This document shows positions 55,710 to 64,000 of a DNA stretch of 64,000 bases, piece after piece. Below the pieces are notes generated by a model. The model was not told the origin of the DNA and searched no databases. It was given only the letters and a program-made list of their open reading frames with translations. Every line of letters begins with the position of its first letter. The first letter of the stretch is position 1. The stretch covers positions 2,766 to 66,765 of the forward strand of contig JBHHZJ010000004.1 in the NCBI GenBank assembly GCA_046758005.1, read 5' to 3'. Source of the stretch: Kiloniellaceae bacterium. Lineage in GTDB: Bacteria > Pseudomonadota > Alphaproteobacteria > Kiloniellales > J153. Both the position numbers and the translations under genes were made by a program.

Positions 55710-58187
55710 TCACGCCCGCACGCGCTCGCCCTTCGGATCGTACAGCGGCCGTAGACTGGCGATTGCCGAGAATCGTTCGCCGGCGACCTCGATCTCGTAG
55801 CGCCCCGACTCGATGAAGGCGGCATCGACCCCGTCCGGGTGGCGGACGTAACCGAGGCCCACGGCGCGGCCGAGCGTGTGTCCGTAGTTGCCGGAGGTGA
55901 CGTAGCCGACGAGCGCGCCGTCGCGGTAGATCGGCTCGTTGTGGTAGAGCAAGGGCTCGGGGTCCTCCAGGGCGAACTGGACCAGTCGTTTCTTGACCCC
56001 CTGCTCCTTCTGGCGCAGCAGCGCCTCGCGGCCGATGAAGGGCACGTTCTTGTCGAACCGGCAGGCGAAGCCGAGACCGGCCTCGAGCGGCGTGTCCTCG
56101 TTCGTGATGTCGTGGCCCCAATGCCGGTAGGCCTTCTCCAGGCGGCAGGAGTCGAGTACGTGCATGCCGGCGAGCTTGAGGTCGAAGGCCTCGCCGCGGG
56201 CCAGGATCTCGTCGAATACGCCGCGGGCGAACTCGCTGGGCACGTAGATCTCCCAGCCCAACTCGCCGACATAGGTGATGCGCAGGGCGCGCGCCGTGGC
56301 GTAGCCGATGTCGATCTCCTGCGCGGCGCCGAACGCAAAGGCCTCGTTCGACAGATCGGCCTCGCTGACCTGGGATAGAAGCGCGCGGCTGTTCGGCCCC
56401 ATGAGCCCGAGAACGGCGTAGGCCGACGTCACGTCGGCCACCGTAACGCGGGCCTCCGGCGGGATGTTGCGCTCGAGCCAGTGCCGGTCGCGCCGCGCCA
56501 CGGCGGCCCCCGTGACCACCATGTAGCGGTCCTCGGCTAGGCGGGTCACGGTCAGGTCGGCCTCGATGCCGCCGCGCTCGTTGAGCCACTGGGTATACAC
56601 GACCTTGCCTGGGGGCACCGCCATGTCGTTGGCGCAGATGCGCTGCAGCACCGCTTCCGCGTCCGGCCCTTGGACCAGGAACTTTGCGAACGAGCTCTGA
56701 TCGAACAGCGCGACGGCCTCGCGCACCGCCCGGTGCTCGGCCGCCGCGTACGGGAACCAGTTCTGCCGCTTGTAGCTGTATTCGTACTTCGGCTCGACGC
56801 CCTGCGGCGCGAACCAGTTGGCCCGCTCCCAACCCGCCACTTCGCCGAAGCACGCGCCGTGCTCCTCGAGGCGCTCGTGCAGGGGCGAGGTGCGCACGCC
56901 GCGCGCCGTCTCGTACTGCCGATACGGCCAGTGCAGATCGTACAGCAAGCCCAGCGCCTCGGCGGCGCGGTGGAAAAGATAGACCCGGTTGTTCTGGAAC
57001 GGCTGCATGCGCCGAATGTCCAGCTCGGAAAGGTCGAAAGGCGCCTGCCCGCCGACAATCCATTCGGCGAGCGCCTTGCCGGCCCCGCCCGACGACTGGA
57101 TACCGATCGAGTTGAACCCGGCGGCGACATAGAAATTGCGCAACTCCGGGGCCTCGCCGAGCATGTAGCGGTTGTCCGGCGTGAAGCTTTCGGGCCCGTT
57201 GAAGAACTTGCGGATACCGACTTCCTGCAGGGCCGGGACACGGTGCATGGCGCCCTCGAGCACCGGCATGAAGTGATCCATGTCCTGCGGAAGCTCGTCG
57301 AAGCAGAAGTCCTCCGGGATGCCGTCCATGCCCCAGGGCTTGGCCTTGCGCTCGAAGGCACCGATCAGGAGCTTGCCGGCATCCTCCTTGTAATAGGCGC
57401 AGCCGTCCATGTCCCGCAGCACCGGCAGATCCGGCGCCACCTCGTCCATCGGCTCGGTCACCACGTAGAAGTGCTCGCAAGCGTGCAGCGGCACGTTCAC
57501 GCCGCACATCGAGCCGACCTCGCGCGCCCACATGCCGGCACAGTTGACGACATATTCCGCCTTGATGTCGCCGCGCCCGGTCTCGACCCCGGTGACCCGG
57601 CCGCCCGCCGTGGTGATTCCGGTGACCTTCGTATCCTCGCAGAGCCGGGCCCCGCCCATGCGCGCGCCCTTGGCCAGGGCCATCGCCGCGTCGGCCGGGT
57701 TGATCTGGCCGTCGTTTGGAAAATAGACGGCGCCCAAAACGTCGTCGACGTTGAGGATCGGATACCGCGCCCGTGCCTCCTCCGGCGTGATCAGCGCCAC
57801 CTCGACGCCGCAGACTTTCGCAAGGTCCGCGCTGCGCCGGTGTTCTTCCCAGCGCGCCTCGTTGGTCGCAATCCCGATGCTGCCGTTTTGCTTCAGGCCG
57901 GTCGCCTGCCCGGTTTCGTCTTCGAGCGATTTGAAGAGCGTCATCGAGTACCGGGCCAGACGCGTCAGCGTATAACCGCCCAGGACCTCGCGCACCAACC
58001 CGGCCGCGTGCCAGGTCGTGCCGCAGGTCAGTTTCTTGCGCTCCAGCAGCACCACGTCGCGCCAGCCCAGCTTGGTCAAGTGATAGGCCAGCGAGCAGCC
58101 AACGATTCCGCCGCCAATGATGACAACACGCGCTTCACTCGGTAACGGCTTCGTCACCGCAACGACCTCCCTTTTGGCACGCGGCAT
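55710..58187 (-). CDS. FAD-dependent oxidoreductase fused to a GcvT aminomethyltransferase domain (dimethylglycine/sarcosine dehydrogenase-like)
   Basis: VVIIGGGIVGCSLAYHL dinucleotide fold, then a DAO domain and a C-terminal folate-binding GcvT domain. 825 aa. Confidence 0.9.
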   Translation of the reverse strand: MPRAKREVVAVTKPLPSEARVVIIGGGIVGCSLAYHLTKLGWRDVVLLERKKLTCGTTWHAAGLVREVLGGYTLTRLARYSMTLFKSLEDETGQATGLKQNGSIGIATNEARWEEHRRSADLAKVCGVEVALITPEEARARYPILNVDDVLGAVYFPNDGQINPADAAMALAKGARMGGARLCEDTKVTGITTAGGRVTGVETGRGDIKAEYVVNCAGMWAREVGSMCGVNVPLHACEHFYVVTEPMDEVAPDLPVLRDMDGCAYYKEDAGKLLIGAFERKAKPWGMDGIPEDFCFDELPQDMDHFMPVLEGAMHRVPALQEVGIRKFFNGPESFTPDNRYMLGEAPELRNFYVAAGFNSIGIQSSGGAGKALAEWIVGGQAPFDLSELDIRRMQPFQNNRVYLFHRAAEALGLLYDLHWPYRQYETARGVRTSPLHERLEEHGACFGEVAGWERANWFAPQGVEPKYEYSYKRQNWFPYAAAEHRAVREAVALFDQSSFAKFLVQGPDAEAVLQRICANDMAVPPGKVVYTQWLNERGGIEADLTVTRLAEDRYMVVTGAAVARRDRHWLERNIPPEARVTVADVTSAYAVLGLMGPNSRALLSQVSEADLSNEAFAFGAAQEIDIGYATARALRITYVGELGWEIYVPSEFARGVFDEILARGEAFDLKLAGMHVLDSCRLEKAYRHWGHDITNEDTPLEAGLGFACRFDKNVPFIGREALLRQKEQGVKKRLVQFALEDPEPLLYHNEPIYRDGALVGYVTSGNYGHTLGRAVGLGYVRHPDGVDAAFIESGRYEIEVAGERFSAIASLRPLYDPKGERVRA

Positions 58188-58296
58188 AATCCACGCAGGC
58201 TGAGCCTATTCCGGGATCAAGGTGTGGGCTAGGGCCAGTTGGACCTTTCTTGTGAGGCCACGAAACCGGCGGGTCGGGGCGGGTCGGCCGCGCCGC

Positions 58297-59115
58297 TCAG
58301 CCGCCGCCGGGCGCGCCGAACAAGGCCTCGTGAAGAGCCCGCCAGGACGCCTCGTCGGGAGCGATCAGCAGTCCCGGCGCGCGGTAGCTGCGGCCGCCAT
58401 AGGACGTGCCGTCGAGGGTGCAGGCCACGCCCCCGGCCTCCCGGTGGATCAGGGTCCCCGGCACGTGGTCCCACGGCATCAGCTTCGTGAACAGGGAGAA
58501 GTGCGTCTGCGCCGTGGCTAGGCGCAGGTACTCGTGCCCGGCGCAGCTCAGGCTCCTAATGGCGCCGACCCGGTCGCGCCGGGCCCGGACGCACCGCGCC
58601 AGCTCCGGCCGGGCGAAGATTCCCGCATGCAGCGTGCCGCGCATCTCGCGCAGGCCTGCCGGCGCGGCCACCCGCAGGCGCCGGCCGGCCAGCCACGCGC
58701 CCGCGCCACGCTCGGCGGTCGCGCTCCGGCCCTGCACGGGATAGTGGATCCACGCCGCCGCCGTCTCGCCGTCTCGCACAAGGCCCGCCATCACGGCGAA
58801 GACCGGACGGCCGCGGGCGAAGTTGCCGGTGCCGTCGATCGGGTCGACGACCCAGACGGGGTCGCGGTCAAGCAGCCTTTCCAGATTGCCGGGGTCGGCG
58901 GCGGTGGCCTCCTCTCCGACGACGTGCGACCCGGGCAGCAGGTCGAGGAGCCTCCGGCTGATCGTCTTTTCGGCCTCGACGTCCGCGATGGTCACGAGCT
59001 CTCCGCCGCGCTTCTCTCGGATCTCGTCGTCGCGTAGCGCCTGGAACCTGGGCAGGATCTCTTCGGCCGCCGTTTCCTCCAGAATGCGCGTGACGGCCTC
59101 GATGTCGAACGCCAT
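58297..59115 (-). CDS. Inositol monophosphatase family protein
   Basis: WVVDPIDGTGNF metal-binding motif. Start at MAFDIE (59115). Confidence 0.85.
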   Translation of the reverse strand: MAFDIEAVTRILEETAAEEILPRFQALRDDEIREKRGGELVTIADVEAEKTISRRLLDLLPGSHVVGEEATAADPGNLERLLDRDPVWVVDPIDGTGNFARGRPVFAVMAGLVRDGETAAAWIHYPVQGRSATAERGAGAWLAGRRLRVAAPAGLREMRGTLHAGIFARPELARCVRARRDRVGAIRSLSCAGHEYLRLATAQTHFSLFTKLMPWDHVPGTLIHREAGGVACTLDGTSYGGRSYRAPGLLIAPDEASWRALHEALFGAPGGG

Positions 59116-59185
59116 GGGGGAACCGCGCCGCTGTCCGCGCTCACTCGGGAAACGGGGTTGCAAGGAATCTTGCCGCCCGGCGCGC

Positions 59186-60442
59186 TCAGGCGTCGCCGCG
59201 CTGCTCGCGCTGCTGGCGCCGGCGGAACCGGGCCAGACTCGCGGTATCGAGGCTGATGCGCAGGTGGGCGAACCGCCGGTCGTCGCGCCGCTGCACGACC
59301 TGGCCGTGATCGTAGAGCCAGGCGATGGCCGCGCCGTCGTTGAGGTCCACCGCGAGATCGACGAGGCGCCGCTCCTTGGTCAGACGCCGGTCGATCAAGG
59401 CCAGGAGTTCGGGTGCGCCTTCGCCCGTCACCGCGGAGCAGAGGACCTGGTTTCTGTCCCGTCCGGTGCGAGCGCGCAAGGCCGCGCGCGCGGCCTCGTC
59501 GAGCAGGTCGATCTTGTTGAGAACCTCGATCATTCCCTCCTCGATCCGCTCACCGAGGCCGAGGCCCTCCAGCACGGCCTGTACGTCGCGGCGGTGCGCC
59601 TCGGTGTCGGCGTGCGAGACGTCGCGCACGTGGAGGATCAGGTCGGCTTCGATCACCTCCTCCAGCGTGGCGCGGAAGGCGGCGATGAGGTCGGTGGGCA
59701 GGTGGGAAATGAAGCCGACCGTGTCGGACAGGATGATCTCCAGGCCCGAGGGCAGCCGGAGCCGCCGCATCGTCGGGTCCAGGGTGGCAAACAGCAGATC
59801 CCGGGCGAAGACCTGGGCGCGGGTCAGCAGGTTGAACAGGGTCGATTTGCCGGCGTTGGTGTAGCCGACCAGGGCGACGACGGGGTACGGCACCCGGCGG
59901 CGCGCCACGCGGTGCAACTCGCGGGTCCGCTTGACCCGTTCCAGGTCGGATTTGATGCGGGCAATCCGATCGGTGATGATGCGTCGGTCGATCTCGAGCT
60001 GGCGCTCGCCGGGGCCGCCGAGGAAGCCGTAGCCGCCGCGTTGCCGCTCCAGGTGGGTCCAGGAGCGCACGAGACGCGAACGCTGATAGGTGAGCGCGGC
60101 CAGCTCGACCTGGAGTTGGCCCTCCTTGGTGTGGGCGCGGGCGCCGAAAATCTCGAGAATGAGGCCGGTGCGGTCGATGACCTTGCAGCGCCAGGCCCGC
60201 TCCAGGTTGCGCTGCTGGATCGGGCTGAGCGCCGTGTCGATGACGGCGAGCCCGATCTCGTTCGCCTTCGCGAACTCGGCGAAACGCTCGACCACGCCCT
60301 TGCCGAACAGGGTGGCCGGCCGGGGCCGGGCCATGGCGACGGCTTCCGCGTGAGCGACCTCGAGGCCGATGGCCCGCGCCAGGCCGACCGCCTCCTCCAG
60401 GCGCGCCTCCGGCTGCCGCGCCGGGGGCGCGGCCGAACGCAC
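59186..60442 (-). CDS. hflX: GTPase HflX (annotated from the first canonical start; the conserved N-terminus appears to extend upstream)
   Basis: RLEEAVGLA..., GGPGERQLEIDRR, and G1 GYTNAGKST. Follows hfq as in other alphaproteobacteria. Confidence 0.9.
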   Translation of the reverse strand: MRSAAPPARQPEARLEEAVGLARAIGLEVAHAEAVAMARPRPATLFGKGVVERFAEFAKANEIGLAVIDTALSPIQQRNLERAWRCKVIDRTGLILEIFGARAHTKEGQLQVELAALTYQRSRLVRSWTHLERQRGGYGFLGGPGERQLEIDRRIITDRIARIKSDLERVKRTRELHRVARRRVPYPVVALVGYTNAGKSTLFNLLTRAQVFARDLLFATLDPTMRRLRLPSGLEIILSDTVGFISHLPTDLIAAFRATLEEVIEADLILHVRDVSHADTEAHRRDVQAVLEGLGLGERIEEGMIEVLNKIDLLDEAARAALRARTGRDRNQVLCSAVTGEGAPELLALIDRRLTKERRLVDLAVDLNDGAAIAWLYDHGQVVQRRDDRRFAHLRISLDTASLARFRRRQQREQRGDA

Positions 60443-60548
60443 GACGGGGTGCAGGATCAGCGCCCGTCCGATGCTGGCCGGCCCGCCGCCGTCGCGGGCC
60501 AGCTTGGTGCCGTTGAAGCGGTCTACCCCCGCCGGGCGTTCCGTGCGC

Positions 60549-60809
60549 TTACGCGTTTTGCGCCTCCTGCTGCGCTGGCGCGGGTTCGAAGAGCTGGACC
60601 GGTGTGGCCGGCATCACCGTCGAAATGGCGTGCTTGTAAACGAGCTGCGAATGCGCGTCACGCCGAAGCAATACCGAAAAGTTGTCGAACCACGTGATGA
60701 TGCCCTGCAGCTTGACGCCGTTGACGAGGAAAATGGTGACCGGGACCTTGTTCTTCCGGATGTGGTTGAGGAACACGTCCTGGACGTTTTGCGACTTTTC
60801 TGCGGCCAT
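60549..60809 (-). CDS. hfq: RNA chaperone Hfq
   Basis: Sm motifs: [39 protein letters not shown]...[10 protein letters not shown]. 86 aa. Confidence 0.95.
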   Translation of the reverse strand: MAAEKSQNVQDVFLNHIRKNKVPVTIFLVNGVKLQGIITWFDNFSVLLRRDAHSQLVYKHAISTVMPATPVQLFEPAPAQQEAQNA

Positions 60810-60978
60810 CGAAGCCACCTGTTGGATCTGTGGTTGGGTGCAACCGACTCGTGTCAAAGTGTCTCGGGCCTTCGCGGGCGTTCCCCCCATGGAGCCAAGG
60901 CCGATCACGTACCTCCCCACCCAAGGTTGCCCGGGCGGGGCACCCTTTTCAGTAGCACGGTTCCGCCGGAATGCAAAA

Positions 60979-61632
60979 TTACAATGCCCGCAGGGCCTCC
61001 AGCAAAGCGCCACAACTCGACACGTGGAGCCGCGGCGCGTGGCCGAACTCGCCCTCGGCCGGCGGTGCGGGGCGCAGGAGCACGGGGACGCACCCGGCAT
61101 CGACCGCACACCGCATGTCGATGTCGGTGTCGCCGACGAACCAGACCTCCGGGCCCGGCGCCACCGGGGCCTCCGCCAGGGCCAACTCGACGGCTGCCGC
61201 CGCCGGCTTGTCGCGGACGGCGTCGTTGGCGCCGACCAGGCGGTCGAAGTAGGCGCTCCAGCCCAGGTGCACGGCCTCCCGGCGCAGCAGGTAACCTCGT
61301 TTGTTGCTGACGACGGCCAGATAGAAGGCCTTCTCCGCGGCAAGCGCACGCAGCATGTCCCCGGCTCCATCCCGCTCGCGAAGGTTGTCCAGGTGCTCGG
61401 CCTCGAACGCGCGATAGAAGATCTCTGCGGCTTCGCCCGCCCGCTCCCCGAAAAGCACGGGAAAGGCGTCGCGGGCCGAGGCGCGCACCCGCTGTCGGGT
61501 CTGCTCGAAGGTCCAGGGCTCGCGGCCCATCGCCCGGAACGTCACCGCAAGCGCGTTGTGAATGGCGCCCCAGCTGTCGATCAGGGTGTTGTCCCAGTCG
61601 AACAGCAGGGCCCGCGGCCGGATCGGGGTCAC
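60979..61632 (-). CDS. HAD-superfamily hydrolase (phosphoglycolate-phosphatase-like)
   Basis: Motif [10 protein letters not shown], motif II VVSNK, motif IV GDTDIDM. The GTG start overlaps the upstream stop. Only the 3' part of track ORF 60979..63657 is real. Confidence 0.8.
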   Translation of the reverse strand: MTPIRPRALLFDWDNTLIDSWGAIHNALAVTFRAMGREPWTFEQTRQRVRASARDAFPVLFGERAGEAAEIFYRAFEAEHLDNLRERDGAGDMLRALAAEKAFYLAVVSNKRGYLLRREAVHLGWSAYFDRLVGANDAVRDKPAAAAVELALAEAPVAPGPEVWFVGDTDIDMRCAVDAGCVPVLLRPAPPAEGEFGHAPRLHVSSCGALLEALRAL

Positions 61633-62492
61633 GCCGACTCCCCAAGGCTGTTCACGTAATTGATATAGAGTTCGCGAATTCGGCCGAAAAGCAGCCCAGG
61701 GTGGCCGTTGCCGACCGGCGTGCCGTCGATCTGGGTCACCGGCAGCACAAAGGAGGTGCTCGAGGTCAGGAAGGCCTCGCGCGCGGCCTTGGCCTCGGCC
61801 ACGGTAAACGGCCGCTCTTCGAGGACGTGGCCCTCGGCTTCGATCAGCTTGATGAGCGACAGGCGCGTGATCCCGTTGAGGATGGCGTGGGTCGCCTCGC
61901 GGGTGACGACCTTGCCCTCGGCGGTGACGATCCAGGCGTTGGTCGAGCTGCCTTCGGTCACCCGCCCCTCCTCGTCCACCTGCCAGGCCTCGTAGGCGCC
62001 GGCCTCGGCCGCCTGCTGCTTGGCCAGGACGTTGGGCAGCAGCGAGACCGACTTGATGTCGCATCGCTTCCAGCGGATGTCCGGCACGGTGATGACCTTG
62101 AGGCCCTCGCTCACAAGCTTTTCGCTGTGCGGCCTCATCTGGCGCGTCGTCATGACCACGGCCGGCTCGGCGTTGGCGGGAAACCTGTGATCGCGCGCGG
62201 CGACGCCCCGGGTGACCTGCATGTAAATGAAGCCGTTCGTCAGGTCGTTGCGGCGGATCAACTCTCGAGCGCACATCTTGAGCGCGGCGCGACCCATGGG
62301 CATGGCGATCCGCAGTTCCCGCAACGACCGCTCCAGGCGGTCGAGGTGGGGGTCCTCGTCGACCAGAATCCCGTTGTAGACGGGGATCACCTCGTACACG
62401 CCGTCGGCGAACTGATAGCCCCGGTCCTCGATGTGGACCGCAGCCTGGCGGTGCGGCAGGTAGCGCCCGTTTACGTAGGCTTGGCGCGGCAT
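61629..62492 (-). CDS. Class IV PLP aminotransferase (D-amino-acid transaminase-like)
   Basis: IEDRGYQFADGVYEV and the fold-type IV pattern. 287 aa. Confidence 0.85.
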   Translation of the reverse strand: MPRQAYVNGRYLPHRQAAVHIEDRGYQFADGVYEVIPVYNGILVDEDPHLDRLERSLRELRIAMPMGRAALKMCARELIRRNDLTNGFIYMQVTRGVAARDHRFPANAEPAVVMTTRQMRPHSEKLVSEGLKVITVPDIRWKRCDIKSVSLLPNVLAKQQAAEAGAYEAWQVDEEGRVTEGSSTNAWIVTAEGKVVTREATHAILNGITRLSLIKLIEAEGHVLEERPFTVAEAKAAREAFLTSSTSFVLPVTQIDGTPVGNGHPGLLFGRIRELYINYVNSLGESA

Positions 62493-62525
62493 CCTCGCTC
62501 TCCCCTGCTCCGTCCTCGCTCCGCC

Positions 62526-63902
62526 CTAGAAGAACTCGAGCTTGACCGCGAAGATCTTCTCGATCTTCTTGACCGCCGCCGTGGCCGCGAAGATGACGAC
62601 CAAGTCGTTGGCGCGGATCACCGTTTCGCCCCGGGGGATGATGACCTCGTTGCCGCGCACGATCGCGCCGACCAGCACGCCTTCCGGCAGGTCCGCCTCG
62701 CGGATCGGCACGCCCACCAAGCTGGAGGTCTCGAGCGCCTCGGCCTCGATCACCTCGCCGAAGCCCTCGGTGAGCGAATAGACCGAGCGGATCCGGCCGC
62801 GGCGCACGTGCTGCAGGATGGTCGAGACCGTGATCGCGCGCGGGCTCACCACGGTGTCGATGCCCAGCGGGCCGACCAACGGGCCGTAGGACGCCTTGTT
62901 GATCAGCGTCACCGCGCGCTGGCAGCCGTGGCGCTTGGCCAGAAGCGAGGCCAGGATGTTGACCTCGTCGTCGTTGGACACCGCGATGATGGTCTCCGCC
63001 GTGGCGGCGCCCGCCTCGTCGAGGATCTCGGTATCCAGTGCGTTGCCGTGAATCACGACCGTGCGTTGCAAGTCCCTCGCCACGAACTCGGCCCGCTCCT
63101 TTTTGACCTCGATCAGCTTCATGGACACGTGCGGATGCGCCTTCTCGACCGCGGTGGCCAGGTTGAAGCCAATGTTGCCGCCGCCGACGACGATGACCCG
63201 CCGCGCCTCCTTCTCCTCGTGCCCGAAGGCCGCCATGGCCCGTTTCAAGTGCGCGGTTTCCGCAACGAAATACACGTCGTCCCCGGCCCGCAGCACGTCC
63301 TCCGGCTTCGGCACGATGCCCTGGCCGTCGCGCCAAATCCCGACGACGACGATATGAAGCTCGGGAAACAGCGCCGTCAGTTGGCGCAGCGGCGTCTCCA
63401 GGATCGGCGTCTCCTCGGTGCAATGGACGCCGATCATGCTGACCTTGCCGTTGGCGACCGGGTGCACGTCGAAGGCGCCAGGGATCTGCAAGCGCCGTTC
63501 GATGGCGCGGGCCACCTCGATTTCCGGCGAGATGATGACGTCGATCGGCATGTGATCGCGGCTGAACAGGTCCGACCACATGGGATCGAGATAGCTGTGG
63601 TGCCGCACCCGCGCGATCTTGGTCGGCACGTCGAACATCGAATGGCAGATCTGGCAAGCCACCATGTTGACCTCGTCGGCGTAGGTGACGGCGATCACCA
63701 TATCCGCATCGGACGCACCCGCCTGTTCCAACACGTCCGGATGCGAGGCGAAGCCGACCAGCCCCTTCACGTCGAGCGATTCGGTGATCTTCGCGATCAG
63801 CTCCGGCGACTGGTCGATGACGGTGATGTCCGTGTCCTCGCCGGAAAGGTAACGCGCAATGTTGGAACCCACCTGGCCGGCGCCGCAGATGATGACCTGC
63901 AT
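62526..63902 (-). CDS. trkA: Trk system potassium uptake protein TrkA
   Basis: Two RCK/NAD-binding repeats: MQVIICGAGQVGSNIA and VIVVGGGNIGFNLA. Confidence 0.95.
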   Translation of the reverse strand: MQVIICGAGQVGSNIARYLSGEDTDITVIDQSPELIAKITESLDVKGLVGFASHPDVLEQAGASDADMVIAVTYADEVNMVACQICHSMFDVPTKIARVRHHSYLDPMWSDLFSRDHMPIDVIISPEIEVARAIERRLQIPGAFDVHPVANGKVSMIGVHCTEETPILETPLRQLTALFPELHIVVVGIWRDGQGIVPKPEDVLRAGDDVYFVAETAHLKRAMAAFGHEEKEARRVIVVGGGNIGFNLATAVEKAHPHVSMKLIEVKKERAEFVARDLQRTVVIHGNALDTEILDEAGAATAETIIAVSNDDEVNILASLLAKRHGCQRAVTLINKASYGPLVGPLGIDTVVSPRAITVSTILQHVRRGRIRSVYSLTEGFGEVIEAEALETSSLVGVPIREADLPEGVLVGAIVRGNEVIIPRGETVIRANDLVVIFAATAAVKKIEKIFAVKLEFF

Positions 63903-63935
63903 GTGAGAGGATCCAGCTGCGGAATCGAGCGCCGG

Positions 63936-64000
63936 TTACTGCCGATCCGGCGCGTTGATGCCGAGCGAGCGGAGCTTGCGATGCAGCGCCGAACGCTCCA
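63936..64000 (-). CDS. ntrX: 3' end of a sigma-54-type response regulator, probably NtrX (5' part outside window)
   Basis: The reverse strand reads ...ERSALHRKLRSLGINAPDRQ*, a Fis-type HTH tail. The position upstream of trkA-hfq-hflX matches alphaproteobacterial ntrYX synteny. Confidence 0.6.
   Translation of the reverse strand, partial: ERSALHRKLRSLGINAPDRQ

Noticed and set aside
55660-57531. 623-aa alternative-frame ORF inside the DAO-GcvT gene
   Set aside because: The 825-aa frame carries the FAD dinucleotide-binding motif and the GcvT domain. The alternative frame has no motifs.
60979-63657. 892-aa ORF read as a single gene
   Set aside because: Only the last 217 codons or so (the HAD hydrolase from the GTG at 61632) are coding. 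The remainder overlaps the dat and trkA genes out of frame.

Overview
High-GC (about 65-70%) chromosomal segment with alphaproteobacterial synteny. The right edge carries ntrX-trkA-dat-HAD-hfq-hflX and the middle carries tmk-holB-metG-tatD-MBL. I support about 55 coding regions, one tRNA-Ser(UGA) and several small repeats. I found no transposase, integrase, CRISPR array or rRNA. Content: (i) a c-type cytochrome cluster next to a decayed SCO-like gene and tRNA-Ser. (ii) A signalling block: REC-histidine kinase, a 1222-aa Cache/PAS hybrid kinase with 2 REC and HPt, and a PF04392-type binding protein. (iii) Cell-wall genes (YdcF, MltB-type transglycosylase, RlpA, D-Ala-D-Ala carboxypeptidase). 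(iv) An FtsZ paralogue outside any dcw context, whose C-terminus is four Sel1 repeats instead of the usual FtsA/ZipA-binding peptide. This is my top candidate for something undescribed. (v) A two-part organosulfonate/amine catabolic locus. One part is xsc-tauE-ackA, pta and citrate synthase. The other is a MocR regulator, a PotD-type ABC importer, an omega-aminotransferase, alanine dehydrogenase, an Fe-ADH and a DAO-GcvT demethylase-type enzyme. The two parts are separated by a 1141-aa SAM / class III cyclase / STAND-ATPase / TPR protein and an orphan histidine kinase. Three genes of unknown function are embedded in the second part. Many long ORFs in the supplied track are antisense or off-frame artefacts of the high GC content and were rejected. 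All functional calls rest on motif recognition by eye, since no database search could be run.
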